Assembly: GCA_964016885.1 (NCBI GenBank)
Contig: OZ024755.1
Coordinates: 1-64,000 of the forward strand
Reading direction: 5' to 3'
Length of the DNA: 64,000 nt
Origin: Eledone cirrhosa
Lineage: Eukaryota
The notes below the pieces were generated by a model. The model ran no database searches, was not told the DNA's origin, and was given only the letters and a program-made list of their open reading frames with translations. A program made the position numbers and the translations under genes. This document shows, one piece after another, positions 42,688 to 57,320 of the stretch. How positions within the stretch are numbered: the stretch's first letter is position 1; each line of letters starts with the position of its first letter.

Positions 42688-43959
42688 CGAGAGGGGATCA
42701 AAAGGTTCGCGGAATTTTATCGTAGCAAGAAAAAAATCAGGTTAAAACAATATTAAACATGTCAGAACATTGTCACTGGGTGTTTACCTAGCACTCACTT
42801 GCAGTCAGTTATGCGCGGGCTATTGTACAGTACTGACACTCTTTAAAAAACCTCTTTTTGGAACAATGGAAAATAGTTATTTTGAGATAAGATCGAATAT
42901 CAAGTTTCTGGTGAAACTCAAATGGAAAGGGACACAGCTTATGGAGGCTTTAGTTAAAGTTTACGGTACTACTGCTGTCTACAAGTGGATTCAGCGATTC
43001 AAACAAGGGAGAGACGACCATCGCATTGGAAGACCAGGAACATCAAAAAATGACCAAAACGTTGAGGCTGCTCAGACTTTAATTGAAAAAGATTGAAGAA
43101 TAACAGTTAATCAGTTAGCTAATTCCCTAGACATTTCATATGGTTCGGCAAATTCAATTCTGCACGATAATTTGGGACTAAGCAAGCTTCCAGCGCGATG
43201 GGTCCCAAAAGCGTTGCGCCCTGATTAGCTGATTCTTCAAAGTGATCTGTCTTTGGCGATATTAAACAAAATTGAAGTTGATGAAGAGCATTTCTTGACC
43301 AGAATCATCACCGGAGATGAAACCTGGATCTACCAGTATGATCCTGAATCCAAACAGCAGTCAAAACAGTGGCTCTCACGTGGATCATCGGGGCCAATCA
43401 AGTTGAAATCTCAAAAGTCGGATCAAACTGTGATGGCCACCATTTTCTGGGATTCAGATGAGGTGATACTAATAGATTATCTTGAAGGTCAAAGAACTGT
43501 GACAGGAGCTTACTATGCAAATGTTTTAAGGAAGCTGAAAGAGGCATTAGTGAAGAAACGAAAAGAGAAACTTCATGGTGGGATCTTGATTCACCATGAC
43601 AATGCACCAGTGCATTCTGCGCGGGTTGCAAAAGAAGTTCTTCGAGAATTTCGATGGGAAGTGCTTCCTCACCCGCCTTATAGTCCAGATTTAGCCCCAT
43701 CAGACTTTTTCCTCTTTCCAAAACTCAAAGAAATGCTAAAAGGAACCTGTTTTGAAGAAGATAAAAACACTGCCAACACATGGCTTCAAACAAGGCCTTC
43801 AACTTTCTTTAGAGACGGCTTATGAAGCTGGAAGCATTGCCTTGTGAAGTGTATTGACCTGGATGGCAACTATGTAGAAAAATAAATTGAAGGTAAATCA
43901 TATTTTTTGAAAAATAGATTATTTTCTGAAAATTCCGCGAACTTTTTGATCCCCTCTCA
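42688..43959 (+). mobile_element. Near full-length defective mariner (DD34D) transposon
   Basis: ~30-bp TIRs GAGAGGGGATCAAAA(G/A)GTTCGCGGAATTTT; ATG at 42866; WVPKAL, TGDETW, HHDNAPVH, HPPYSPDLAPSD with D34D spacing; internal stops. Confidence 0.95.
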
Positions 43960-44508
43960 CACATATACATATAGATACACATACATACATATATACACAT
44001 ATACATATATATACACATATACATATATATACACATATATATATATATACACATATACATATATATACATATATACACACACATATATATATATATATAC
44101 ATATATATATACATACACATATATATATACATACACATATATACACATATATATATATATATACACATATACATATATATACATATATACACACACATAT
44201 ATATATATATATACATATATATATACATACACATATATATATACATACACATATATACACATATATATATATATATACACATATACATATATATATATAC
44301 ACATATATACATATATATATACACATATATACATATATATATATACATATATATATACACATATATACACATATATACATATATATATATATACATATAT
44401 ATATATTTATACATATATATACATATACATACACATATATACATACACATATATACATATATATATACATACACATATATATATATGTGTATATATATAT
44501 ATATATAT

Positions 44509-44548
<40 letters not shown>

Positions 44549-44775
44549 TATTCATACACATGTATATACATACATACATATATATACATACATATATACA
44601 CACACATATATATATATATATATACATATATACATACACATATAAATACATACATACATATATATATATATATACATATATGTGCATATATACATGCATA
44701 CATATATGTGTATATATATATATACACACCTATATATACATACATATATATATATACATGTGTGTATATATATAA
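43960..44775. repeat. (TA)n/(CA) compound microsatellite
   Basis: Direct reading. Confidence 0.97.
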
Positions 44776-45364
44776 ATGATATGTCTTCTGCAGTTGTCAC
44801 TGCCGTTCAAACATAGCTGTCAGCAGCAGTACAACTGAGTGAAAGGGGTTTGCTCCATGAGCAAGCTTAAAAAGTAACAACAACTATGCATAAACTGTGA
44901 TAACACTATGAGCAGGAGTGTAGGTAAGGATGGAGTGGTGGGGGACAAGCCTACATATATAATTCTAAAGTTAATAAAATTATGATACATCTCAAGAAAA
45001 TGAAACCAACCAACCAAATATATATATATAATAAAAAATAATAATAATAAATAAGATTCTAACGTGGTTTATTTTCCACTTTAGTTAACTAAAGAAATTT
45101 TTTCAGCAACATTGATAGTTCTTTTAACATATTTGTTTTTTTTATATATATCATTAATAATAATAATATTTAAATGAGACACAATACATTTATGCCAATG
45201 TTCTCAAAATAAGATGTCCCTCCCTGCCTCCATAATTTCAATACCCCCATGTAAATAATTCAAAAGATAAATTAGGATTGTAATAAGGGGATATAAGGTT
45301 CAGGGAGGCTCTTTGCTCCTGCATATAAAAAAGCAAGAACTCAGTAGTAGTAGTAATAATAATA

Positions 45365-45797
45365 ATAGTTTCTGATTTAGGCACAAGGCCAACAATTTTC
45401 GGGGGGAAGGGGCAAGTCGATTAATTCAACCCCAGTGCATTACTGGTACTTTATTTTATCGACCCTCATAAGGATGAAAGGCATAGCTAACCTCAGCGGG
45501 ATTTGAACTCAGAATGTAAAGAGCCATAACTACATTCTGCAAAGCATGGTGACTGATGCTCTACCGACTCAGCCATTCCACAATAATGATAATAATGATA
45601 ATAATTTCTGATTTAGGCACAAGGCCAACAATTTTTGAGAGAGGGAAAGGTGATTAAATCGATCCCAGTGTGTTATTTTATCAACCCCTATAAGGATGAA
45701 AGGCAAAGTTAACCTTGGTGGGATTAGAATCCAGAACATAAAGGGTCATAACTATATGCTGGAAAACATGTCTGACGCTCTACCAATACTGTCAATC
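45365..45797 (-). mobile_element. Two tandem tRNA-derived SINEs with (TTA)n tails
   Basis: Same family as 22075 and 34950. Confidence 0.8.
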
Positions 45798-46072
45798 TAC
45801 AATAATAATAATCTCTTTAAATATTGATGGTAGTAATAATAAACAGCAACAACAGAAACAAACAAAGAAAAAGATTCTCTTTCGAAAGGGAATAGAATCA
45901 GATTGTATGATTAGCCTTCTATGATGATTAATATGTGAAAGGGGAGAAAGAGCCCAGTGGGAAGAAAACAGCAATATTAACATTAACAGCAATAACAGAG
46001 CCACCTGATGAATCTAATTTAAAAAATAAATATTAGTAAAAAAAAAATAATAATAATAGAAAGAGTATAATC

Positions 46073-46109
<37 letters not shown>

Positions 46110-46635
46110 GGGGGAGAGAAAGAGAGAGAGAGAGAGAAAGAAGCGTGTCTGCTAAATAAGAGTCATTGGTCCGTTTCTCTCACCTCTTAAGCAGAGCAAA
46201 GAAGTGAATTTATGACAGGAAATATTGAAATATTTTTCCTTTCTTCCTGTGATTATTGAATGCAGCCTCCCCATTTGAGAAATCATTCTAAAAATCTCGA
46301 CAATCAAAGTTGTTTACCTCACTTTATCAGGTGTATAAGGTAAAAGACGTTTTTGAAATAACCATTACTGTTATATAGTTGCAGATGTTGTTTGTTGTCG
46401 TCGTTGTTGTTGTCATCAGTCAGTCATCTTTGTTATCATTGCTGCTGGTGTGGTGGTGGTAGTAGTAGTGGTGGTGGTGGTGGTGGTGGTAGTTGTTTTA
46501 AATAGCATATGGCACACTTGATGGTGACAGAGACATGGTATATATATATATATATATATATATAATAGAAAGAGCTGGGTTAGTTAGACAAAAGGTGAAA
46601 TGGGGAGGAGCTGAAGAGAACAGGGAAGAAGATGG

Positions 46636-47006
46636 TTATTTTCGCTTGGCAGAACTTGCAGAAGTTGGCCGCATGAAGGAAGATGGCGATGTGCCAGTTG
46701 TAGATGACAAAGATGAAGATGTGGTCCCATTGCCAGTTGTACCAACTGAGGCGGCAGCAGCAGCAGCAGCAGCAGCAGCAGAAAGATTTGAGCTGGAACG
46801 TGACAGTGGAATGGAACCAGTAACAGCTGTTAGGCTTCCAAGACTTCGTCGGTTGCCAGCATGGTAGCTGCTCAAGCCTGACAGATTAGTTTTTTTTGTG
46901 CCACGACGCCGTTTGTCCCAGATTAGTTTATCATGTCGCACAAAAATTCCATGTTTTGAACGACACTTGAAATAACGAGAACCATTCACTGAGCCATCGT
47001 TTTTAC
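46636..47006 (-). CDS. KIF13B: KIF13B/Khc-73-like kinesin-3, terminal coding exon (second half of CAP-Gly and tail)
   Basis: ttAG acceptor at 47008-47007; (G)KNDGSVNGSRYFKCRSKHGIFVRHDKL CAP-Gly motif; TAA at 46636-46638. Confidence 0.85.
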
Positions 47007-47043
47007 CTAAAAAAAACAAAAAGAAAAGGTTATTCATAAAATT

Positions 47044-47790
47044 ATTAGCAGAAAATATCTAAAAACAGTTTTATTAATATTAATTCAAATGTTTATAGTA
47101 TTTTTTACTAATAGGTCATCATCATCATTTAACGTCCATTTTCCAAGCTAGCATAGATTAGACAAGCAGTCCTATCAGGTGACCATGTCTTGCTCACACA
47201 GAACTGTTTCTGGCTTGGTTTCTATGGCTGGATGCCTGTGAAAATTTACAGTTTTAGAGTAAGGGCTTGAATTTTTAATGTGATGCAGCTTTAGTACTGT
47301 TTTGTACTTTTCAATAATATTTTGTTAATATAATTTCATACTGTCTAACCTGTGCAAGCATGGAAAAAAAGATGATGATGACTGTACAGGAGGACATTAA
47401 CTTTTAACATCCTATAACAAATTAGCAGAAAATATCTAAAATGGTTTGTTAATACAAATGTTTATAGTAGCTTTCCTAGGGGGCAAATCAATGTGAAAAT
47501 TTACAGTTCTTGAGTAATGACTTGAATTTAGAATGTGATGCAGCAATTGTTCTATTTTGTACTTTTCAATAATTTTTGCTTATATAGTTTCATTTTAACA
47601 TCATGTAACAATTTAGGAGAAAATATCTAAAACAAGTTTGTTAATTCAAATGCTTATAGTATCTTTACTAGTGGGCAGATCATTGTGAAAATGTACAGTA
47701 TTAGAGTCAAGACTTGAATTTTTAATCAGATGCAGCCATAGGGTTGTATACTTTCCAAGAATGTCTTGCTAATACGGTTTCATGCAGTAC
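47044..47790. repeat. Three diverged ~190-bp intronic tandem copies, the first interrupted by RTE-tail fragments
   Basis: attagcagaaaatatctaaa..gtgaaaatttacagt..cttgaattt..gatgcagc at 47044, 47421 and 47611. Confidence 0.75.
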
Positions 47791-47949
47791 AGTATATTTA
47801 TTATGAGTTAATAATTGCGTATATGAAAGCAGACAATATGTTTATGTATAATAAAGCATACTATGGGTGTTTCAAGCTATGATCATCAGCTTAAAAAAAT
47901 GCATAGGGAAACATGTATGTTTATTATACATGAATTATACATTAATTTA

Positions 47950-50323
47950 CTAGAGGCGACGGATGAGGTCTGTGGCTGGAGTAAGACCTCAAGCAGGAGG
48001 AGAGTGACTTGGTGATGGAACAATAAGGTAGATGAAGCAGTTAAGGCCAAGAGACAGGCATGGAAAGAATGGAAGAATGGGGGGAGCAGGGTACATTACA
48101 TAGAGACCAAGAGGGAAGCTAGGCGACATGTATACTTAGCTAGGAGGGAAGCAGAGAATAGAAAATTCAAGCATGTTTTGCAACGTCAGGACCAGAAACA
48201 GGACGTATTCAAGATTGCGAGGCAGTGTGTCAGAGATAGTTGTGATGTCATTGGAGAGAAGTGTATCCGGAATGATAAAGGTGAGCTTGCCCTCACAAGT
48301 GCTGAGAAGAAAGATGCATGGAAGAGTCATTATGATAGATTACTAAATGAGGAGAATGTATGGGGAAGAAGAGACCCTTCCCCAAGTAGACCCTATAGAG
48401 GGGCCAGCAGTACAAGTCAGCAGCAACGTAGTAAGTAAGGCAATCAAAGATATGAAGATGGGGAAGGCAACCGGTCCATCGGGTATAGCTGCCGAGATGC
48501 TGAAGGCATCTGGGTCTGTAGGTCACACTATAACCACACGTATTGTTAACCAGGTAATACTAGAAGGTGTCATACCAAAAGATTGGTGCAGTAGCATCAT
48601 TGTCAACTGCTACAAAGGTAAAGGCGATGCACTAGATAGAGGAAACTATAGAGGTATAAAGTTGATGGACCAGGTCATGAAAGTAACAGAAAGAGTTATA
48701 GCACAGTTGATTAGGGACCGGGTGGAAATAGACGAGATGCAATTTGGGTTTGTACCAGGAAGAGGCACCACTGATGCCCTCTTCCTTGTGAGGCAATTAC
48801 AGGAAAAGTACCTAGCTAAAAGTAAGCCACTCTACTTGGCATTTGTCGACCTTGAGAAAGCCTTTGACAGAGTTCCACGTGCTGTAATCTGGTGGGCTCT
48901 TAGAAAACTAGGAGTAGATGAATGGCTTGTGAAAGCGGTACAAGCCATGTATAGGGGATCAGTCAGCAAAGTTAGGATTAGCAATGAGTATAGCGAGGAA
49001 TTTAGCGTACAGGTTGGGGTCCACCAGGGCTCTGTTCTTAGCCCCCTCCTGTTCATCATAGTCCTGCAGGCAATAACGGAGGAGTTTAAGACCGGATGCC
49101 CATGGGAACTCCTGTATGCTGATGACCTCGCACTCATAGCTGAATCTATGGTAGAACTAGAGAATAAATTCCAAACTTGGAAGCAGGGACTAGAAAGAAA
49201 GGGTCTCAAAGTCAACATGACAAAGACTAAGGTCCTTGTAAGTAGACAAGAAAACAGAACCCAGATCCCCTCAGGAAAATGGTCTTGCTCAGTATGTAGG
49301 AAAGGTGTAGGTAGGAACTCCATTCTCTGCCGCAAATGCAAACAATGGGTACACAAGAGATGTAGGGGGATCTCAGGAAGCTTAATTAAGAATGTAGGCT
49401 TCACATGCAGCAGCTGTGATGAGACAGCAAGCAGCAAACAGCCACAGGAAACAAGTACCACCAATCTCTGGGAGGGCTCTGTAGAAACAGTAGACAGCTT
49501 CTGCTACCTAGGTGACCGAATTAGCAGCGGAGGTGGGTGTTCACAAAGTACAATAACTAGGGTAAGAATGGGATGGAAGAAGTTTAGGGAACTACTACCA
49601 CTGCTAGCTGCAAAAGGCTTCTCCCTCAGAATGAAAGGCAGACTGTATGATGCGTGTATCCGAACAGCGATGTTGCATGGTAGTGAGACCTGGGCACTGA
49701 AGGTGGAAGACTTACATAGATTAGAGAGAAACGAAGCCTGCATGTTCCGATGGATGTGTAACAGTATATACATGAACGACAAAGCATAAATGAATTGAGA
49801 GAGAGACTGAGCATAAGAGGAATCAAATGCTGTGTGCAGGAGAGGCGGTTGCGCTGGTATGGACATGTGATGCGTATAAAGGATGACAGCTGCATAAAAA
49901 GGTGCAGAGCACTAGAAGTTGATGGAAACCGCGAGTGGGGAGACCCAAGATGACCTGGGATGAGGTGATAAAAGCCGACCTTACCCAATTACACCTCTCA
50001 AAGGCAATGACACACGACCGTGACTTCTGGCGTCACGCAGTAATACAGAGTACCCGACCTCCCATGGGTACAAGCTGAAGCATATGCCCCCACTCCCCCC
50101 ACCGCAAGGTGGACGTGTAGGCGCCACAAAAAAGCACCCAGCACTCACTGTAAATGAGGTTGGTGTTAGGAAGGGCATCCAGCTGTAGAAATCAAGCCAA
50201 ATCAGTTCCTGTATGAGCAAGGCATGGTCAGCCGACCAGACACTGCCCACAACAGGACAACCCGTCTAACCCATGCTAGCGGGGAAGAAAGGAGGTAAAA
50301 CGGTGATGATGATGATGATGATG
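47950..50323 (+). mobile_element. 5'-truncated RTE LINE, antisense in the last KIF13 intron
   Basis: RT ORF 48347-49789 with YADD and a PHD-like insert; frameshifts; 3' UTR and (gat)n tail. Confidence 0.95.
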
Positions 50324-50624
50324 AACATATTGTCTATCCCAGGTACCTTTTTCAAACAGTGAGCCACATAGGATGTGGCTCATCATAAGGTGGGCTGCAC
50401 TACTAAAAAGTTCAAGGCAATTTGAAATTAGGTAACCAAACAGGTCCATGACTGGTCTGTTTTCATATATGCCTCTATTAACTGATAATATCCTTTACTG
50501 CATGAAACTACATTAGCAAGACATACTTGTAAAGTATTGTACATGTTTTCACATGCACCTCTATTATAAATGTTAGTGATACTGCTAATTAAAGAGTTTG
50601 TTTTGAGCCTGGAGAGTCATCAGG

Positions 50625-50870
50625 CCTGTGTGTCGCAATTTCTATGGTATTAAGCAACTGAGAGTACAAAGCTCCCTGCTGAACAGGAGGCCAATCTATC
50701 ACATGGCTAAACCTCCAGCTATTACTGGTACTCATTTTCAGTTGACTCTACTGGAGCAACATGAAATTAAATGTTTTGCTCAAGAACACAACCCACAACC
50801 CAATAAAGGAACCAAAACCATAACATTATGATCGTAAGTCCAACACCCTTTCCACAAGGCAACATGCGTC
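50625..50870 (-). mobile_element. SINE between two copies of a ~125 bp local duplication
   Basis: ctggagcaacatgaaattaaatgttttgctcaagaacac body; 50461-50585 resembles 50879-51010. Confidence 0.65.
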
Positions 50871-51203
50871 TATTTTGCTTTCATATATGCCTCTTTTAAC
50901 TCATAATATCCTTTACTGCATGAAACTACAATAGCAAGATATGCTTGTGAAGTATTGTACATGTTTTCATATACACCTCTATTATGAATCACACTATGTT
51001 AGTGATACTTAGATAGCTGTGACATGATCACAACTTAAAACATTTGAACATTTGTAGTGAGACTCAATATATGTTTATTTCAACACAAACATATTGTACA
51101 TGCTTTCATATACACTTCTATTATGTATGAACCATACTATGCTAGTGTTACTGCTTATTAAGAATTAAGTATAATTTAATAAAATAAAAGAAATTGAACA
51201 TAC

Positions 51204-51416
51204 CTTCAGGATTGTCTAGTTCAATTCCGATCCAGATTCCACTGGCAAAGTGAACTGGACCAATAAACTGAACAATCCCAGGCTTAGAGTATCCCTTAGA
51301 GGACGTGACGATTACACCTTCTCCTTGTTGGATCCAAGTGGGTAGAGGGCCTTCATGGAGACGGTCCAGGTCAGCACGGCTTCCAAACGAACATAAACTC
51401 ATACTGTCTTCTCCAC
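51204..51416 (-). CDS. KIF13B: KIF13B-like exon (first half of CAP-Gly)
   Basis: AG/GT bounded, 213 nt, phase 1-1; LPTWIQQGEGV..GIVQFIGPVHFASGIWIGIELDNPE joins in frame to GKNDG. Confidence 0.88.
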
Positions 51417-52930
51417 CTTTGAAAGAAGAGAAAGAATAAACCAAAGCAATACATAAGAAATGGAAGAAGGTAACAGATTTTATGGCAAGCTACAAGATAG
51501 TAACATATGTAAGGGAGAGGGAAAAAGATATATATATATATATATATAAAGGCACAGTTCTAATCACTAACCATGTACCTTTAATAATCTAATAAAACAA
51601 AGTACCTGGACATGAACTTATTGCCTTGGTCCAATTGGTTATTTTATCTCCATAACAACAGCAATAAAAAAAAGGAAAAAGAGAGGGAAAGAAAGGGAGA
51701 GAGAATGAGGGAGAAATAAATATATATATATATATGAGAGAGAGAGACTGGAAATATTCTTAGATTTAGAACATCAATACCTACATATTTTCATAAAAAT
51801 TTGTTACATTTTAAAACTACCACTGTACTAGTGGATAGTAGATTTATCTATGCAATCAGTTTTGGCTGGAAAATTTGCAGCATGACTTTTTACAAACAGA
51901 TCTATAATCTTAAGTGCTATCAAAGATCTTGTCAGAAATGTAAAACTGGTTTATTTTTAACTAAAATTTAAAAGAAAAATTCATGTTTCTTAGATTCATT
52001 TTTGGATATAACGAGTAAAATTTAATCAATTCATGGAGGACACATTTCCTATATTTATTAAAAGTAAAATTGAACAGCTGTCATAGATAAGAGCCTTAAC
52101 AGTAAATAAAATAAATAAAAGTGCCTGTACATTGATTTTGCTTGTGAATGGCAACATGTTTCAAAAGAGATTTCTTCAAATATTAACTTTTCAAAAATGT
52201 GGTTAATATTTTGAAGTATGTAATAAATGATCATAAATTTCAGAAAGCTGGTTCAATGTAGTAGAAATATATAAAGGGTAAAGAATAGCAAATAAAACAA
52301 AGTGATGTTTTACCCAATATATTTCAACATGACATTTCAGGGCTAATATCCTCTTTTCATATGTAAAAATGAAAACGGTTCAAAACAAAAACAATCGATT
52401 TGTTCTTCCTTAACTGGTCTAAGGGTCTAGAATACGCATGTGTGGAGCAGTTATGATAGCCACTTTACTCTGTGCAGTTATCTATTATTCGTTTGAAGTA
52501 TGTACATGTTTGGCAAGTGACTTAATCTGAGTAAGACCATGTTTTGTAAATGAGGAAATTTTACTGTGGCATGAGCATTTTACTCATTTCTTATTATTAG
52601 TCACTTATAGATATGTGCATGTGTGTTTGTACTATAAATAAATGTAATTTATAATAACAATAATATAGTGTTGTCTCAGGTTCCTATGAAAACACAGACA
52701 ATTCTAAATAACAAAAAAGCATTTTGGTATTTTAACACCTCTAATATATATTTTGAGCCCTAGATTCAGCTGGATTTGAGCTAAGAGCACAGAGAGCTGG
52801 AATAACAACTGAGGCATTCAATCCAACACTAACAACTCTGCCAATTCATTGCCTATAAATAAAAATCAATTTAGAATACAAAGAAATCATTTAAAAATAC
52901 AAGTTGAGAATTTCAGTGAAATCAACATAC

Positions 52931-54296
52931 CTGACAAAGTCTCGTTTGATGTAGACATATTCATGTTTTGATAGGAAAGGTCTTTCATGGAGGAGGATGA
53001 TGTCATTTCACTGCCACTTGGCAGAGAACATGAAACGGGGCGTCTTTTATGGGCAGAACCATGACTAAGATTCCTCTTTAGATGTCCCTCTACAGTCCGT
53101 TTATCGGAGTTATTCTTGCGTTCAAGGCTATTTGCAGAGTAGGATTTGGAGTCACTTCTTGGTGTGTTCTTCTTTGGATTGTCAGTCATGTTGCTATTAA
53201 TATTGGTAGAGGAATCAGTAAGTAGTTTTCTGTTGATGGGCTGATTGGAATTACCTTTGGCAACAATTTGCTTGCATTGTTTACTATCTGTTGTCAAATC
53301 AGGGTGTGTATTATTTAGTTTATTGAGATCATCCATAGTAGTCTCATTATAAGAATCTTCCCAGTCACAGCTGTGTGAGATGGAAGTATTGGAGTCCTGT
53401 TCGTTATCGTCAACTGATTGGGTCTTTTTTAGGGGTGTACTTTGGCCCTGAGGTGATGACATCTCATAGTCCATATCCTGCAAACTGTTGCTACCTTCAT
53501 CTTCCAACAGTGAGTTATGTGAATGTAACATTTCAGAAGTATTGACAAAATCCGACAGATTTAAGTTTTTGGTGGCGTTTGCAAGTGCCTGGCTGTTGTA
53601 ATCTACATCTTTGTAACTGAACTCTTGGTCCTGACTCGGATGTGAGACTGGATTCATAGTAGCATCATTGACTGAGGAGCTATCCAGATCCATTAAAGTT
53701 GACTTTGAAGATCTGTGGTTGTCCATTGATGCTTGTAAAGTATCACTGAAATCATTGCTTTGATTTAGTATGTAGGAAAAATCAGAATCATCTTGTTCAT
53801 TGTTGTCTGAAACAATATTACCATTAATTAGATCAGCCAGGCGGGCAGCAGAAACAGCTTGGTCAGCAATGGAATCAAGGGAAAAGCTTTTCATAGGGGC
53901 CTTATCAGGGATACTTTCCAAACCTTGGTCACTAAGTGGTGTTGGAAATGTTTTTGGAGGACTGTTCTTCCCTTCGGCAGAGGCTTCATCAAGGTTGATA
54001 CTCCGAATACTAACAGAGTCCTCAGATGATAAGGTGAGAGTAGAAACTGCTTGTGAACCATAGCCACTAGAAGTCATGCTGGGAGTAAAACTTTTTGTTT
54101 GAATCTCCATCAAACTATCAGCAGTCACAGAATGGGATATAGTTGTGGGCCTCTGAGCCACAAACTTTTCAGCAAAAGGAGATGAATGCTGGCTCTGATA
54201 AGACTCGAATTCCTGAAAATCATCGCTGTCAACACTATTGGGATCCTTGTTAAAAATACTGTGCTTGTGTGCCATATCAAAATCCTCATCAAAATC
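52931..54296 (-). CDS. KIF13B: KIF13B-like large Ser/Asp-rich tail exon
   Basis: 1366 nt open frame, phase 0-1, tattcgtAG acceptor and G|GTATG donor; SMTSSGYGSQAVS motif recalled from invertebrate Khc-73 tails. Confidence 0.85.
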
Positions 54297-54932
54297 CTAC
54301 GAATAAAAAATATGAGACCCACTTAAAATTAGAATTTATGAAGGATTAAATTTAGAAAAAAAGAAAAAGAAAAAAGATTGAGTCAAAATTTAGAGAATGC
54401 AATATTTGAACAAATTCAAAAATTCAAAAATTATTTTGGACCAATGTTGTTTATACATTTATACAGGGGTAATGCTATACATTTTATAGCTTTTTGAAAC
54501 AGCTTTGAGCTAAATTTGAATAATTGAGTTGCAAATTGTTCTCTATGACTACATTACTAATTAATTAAATCAATTTAAACATCTGTATAGATCTAGTAAG
54601 CCATTACAGAATAGGGGGAAATATCAAGCACTCCTTACAGCTGAGAAACACAAAAAAAACAAAACAAGATAGACAGAGATAAGTGAAACTAAAAATAAAA
54701 TTAACAAAACCTTCATAATCTAATGTCTTAATATCTTTTAAATATGAACATATTGAGATATTGAAGTATATCTTTGAATTTTACATAAGTTGGTGGTGTT
54801 TTAGCTTTTAGTGAGGGGAAGATATAGTAAGAATATTCAGAAGAGCTTTATTATTTTAAAAATGAATGAGATTGAAGAAAGACCCATCTAAATTATGGAT
54901 TAAGCATTCATTTGTAAAGTGAGATTATTTAC

Positions 54933-55051
54933 CTCTTCGGTGTCCTGCTGTAGAAGAGGCTTCCGTTCTCGTTGCTGTTGCTCTTCTTGGAGAGTTCTCA
55001 ATGGTTTTACTGCTTTCGACGCATGAGGGCTAATTGTGGATTTTGGTGTCG
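54933..55051 (-). CDS. KIF13B: KIF13B-like exon
   Basis: 119 nt, phase 1-0, tttAG acceptor and GAG|GTAAAT donor; TPKSTISPHASKAVKPLRTLQEEQQQRERKPLLQQDTEE is in frame with the next exon. Confidence 0.75.
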
Positions 55052-55479
55052 CTAAAGTGAACAATTGGAGAATAGAAAAGGTCACAAAACAGAAACTTCA
55101 ATAAATTTATCTTAAAAAATATATAAAAACAAGGCAGAGTACACAGAAATTATTTAAATGTTTAACCTTTTGATATGAAATTGACTGAAACTGGCTCTAT
55201 GATATGAAACTGCCCCTGGTTCTATGATACAAAGCTGTCTATTGTAAATTGTTTATATTTATCTAAAACCTTCCACCATAATTTAACCTTTGTTAAACTA
55301 TGTTCCAAAAAACAATAGTTATATTACTAAATCCTCCCCAAATTCTTGATTAATTTCAAAATGATCTGAAAATTATAGGCAGTGTTTTTTTTTAGAAATA
55401 TGGTAACAAAAGGGTTAGATTTCCAATTTTATCTATTTACAACCAAATATTAAAACAATATTCAAATATTTTATCCATT

Positions 55480-55865
55480 GATATAATCACAGTATGTGCC
55501 TGTGTACAAAGTGTGATGCTGAATAATGAGATATGGGCATTGAATACAGAGGATGTGTGAAAGTTAGAAAGAAATGAGACCAGTAATATCCAATGGATGT
55601 ACATGAGTAATGAAACAGACAAGTTGAAGGTAAAACTGGGTAATAAATGTAGTGTGCAAGAGAGAAGATTGTACTGGTATGGACATGTGATGTATATGGA
55701 TGATGATCATAAAGGGGAAGGAAGCTACAGAAGAGGAAGACTGAAGAAAAACTGGGCAGAAGTGGTGAGAGCTGATCTCAATACTGAGGAGATGACAAAG
55801 GAAAATGATAAGTGGAAGAAAACTGTGCTGGAGAAGACGTGTATTATCTATCCAAGCATGAGAAA
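55480..55865 (+). mobile_element. Highly decayed RTE 3' fragment
   Basis: VQERRLYWYGHVM..RRGRLKKNWAEVVRADL. Confidence 0.7.
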
Positions 55866-56234
55866 AGTGAACATAAGTATAAAGAGTGAGTTGCTTCATG
55901 GTAATGAGACATCAGCCAAGAATATGGATGATCTGGAGAATAAATGCGGTATGTATGATCCATGGGATGTGTTAGTCTACTTGAAAGGCAAAGGACAAGT
56001 GAATTGAGAATTATAGAGCATTAACCCTTTTAATAGCAACCTTAGTTTTATGACACATAACTGCTTTTTTTAAAGTGTTTTCAATTAAACCTTCCATCAT
56101 AATTTTATGAAAAGAACATTTGATTAAACACTAGCTTAATAATGATAAAGTTAAGCTAAATACCTTCAATTTTTTTTTATTCAAAATAAATTGAAACATA
56201 TGGGCTATAACATTTTGGTGTTGTTGTTCTGTTC

Positions 56235-56470
56235 TAAGTGGAAGGCTCATCAGGCTTTTTCTTGATCAGAGTACAAGACTCTCTCTGGACAGGATGCTGG
56301 TCTATTGCAGGATTAACTCACCAGCTATTTCTGGTACTCACTTTCAGCTGAGTGTACTGGAGCAAGGTGAAATGTTTTCCTCAAGAACACAACACAGCAG
56401 CCTGTCCAGGAATCAAACCGATGGCATTACGATCTTACGTTAAGCATCCTAACCATTAGGTCATGCACCT
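56235..56470 (-). mobile_element. tRNA-derived SINE
   Basis: Same body as 50625-50870 and 27940-28080, reversed. Confidence 0.65.
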
Positions 56471-57124
56471 ATACATTTCATTGGTAACAAAAAGGTTAAA
56501 GACATTAGCTGAAGTGTGCAAGAAACACAACTGTGTTGGTATGTATATGTTATGCATATGGATAATAATGAATGATGAGTGAAAAAGTGCTGTAACAAGA
56601 GAGACAAAAAATAAAAAGACAAAGGAAGCAGTTGTGATGTCAGATATCAAGGTACTGAGCTTCACATAAAAGAACAATGAAGACTGTGATAATTGCTACA
56701 ATGATTGTTAAAACACTGAGCCTTACAAAAGAGATGACAACAGATTGTGAGTATTGGAAATATGGTGTATAATAGAGTGAGACCAACATGAAAAAAGAGA
56801 CATAAAAATGTTGTTGATCGATAATGGTTTGAACTGTTTCTATAAAAAGAAATCTGTGATACTTAGGTATAATCAACACCTTCATATACATACATTGAAG
56901 TAAACAGAAAGAAAAACATGCTGCTTATGTCTACACTAAAAATCAAAGAATTCAATTCTTTTTTAGGGCATCATTCTCAAGACACATCTGTGGGCTTATG
57001 AGTATGAGTGGTGTGCAAGAAGTAACAAGAGAAGCAATGTCTAGTGAGCAGAAGGGCAAAACAACAGGGTTGCTTTTCTAATGGAGATTTGTAGTTAGAG
57101 AATGTGGGCCTATGAGCTCGCAAA

Positions 57125-57320
57125 AGCCACTGTTAGGAGACCCAGGAGTAGACCCTGAGTAAGATGGTTGGATAACATTTGTGAGCTTGGCCGGTCTCGC
57201 TTGGGGACCCAGTCGGATCAATTGGAAATAGTTGCTTCTGACTGGACCCGATGGAAGGAGTATTTGAGGACACTTCCCCCACTGACCCTCTCAGGAATAA
57301 GTGGGCAAAGAAAAAAGATC
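57125..57320 (+). mobile_element. RTE (Expander-like) 3' end fragment
   Basis: Similar to 21050-21240. Confidence 0.7.

Noticed and set aside
47831-47842. 12-bp inverted match to the LINE 3' flank at 50324-50335
   Set aside because: Wrong orientation for a TSD and plausible by chance in AT-rich DNA.
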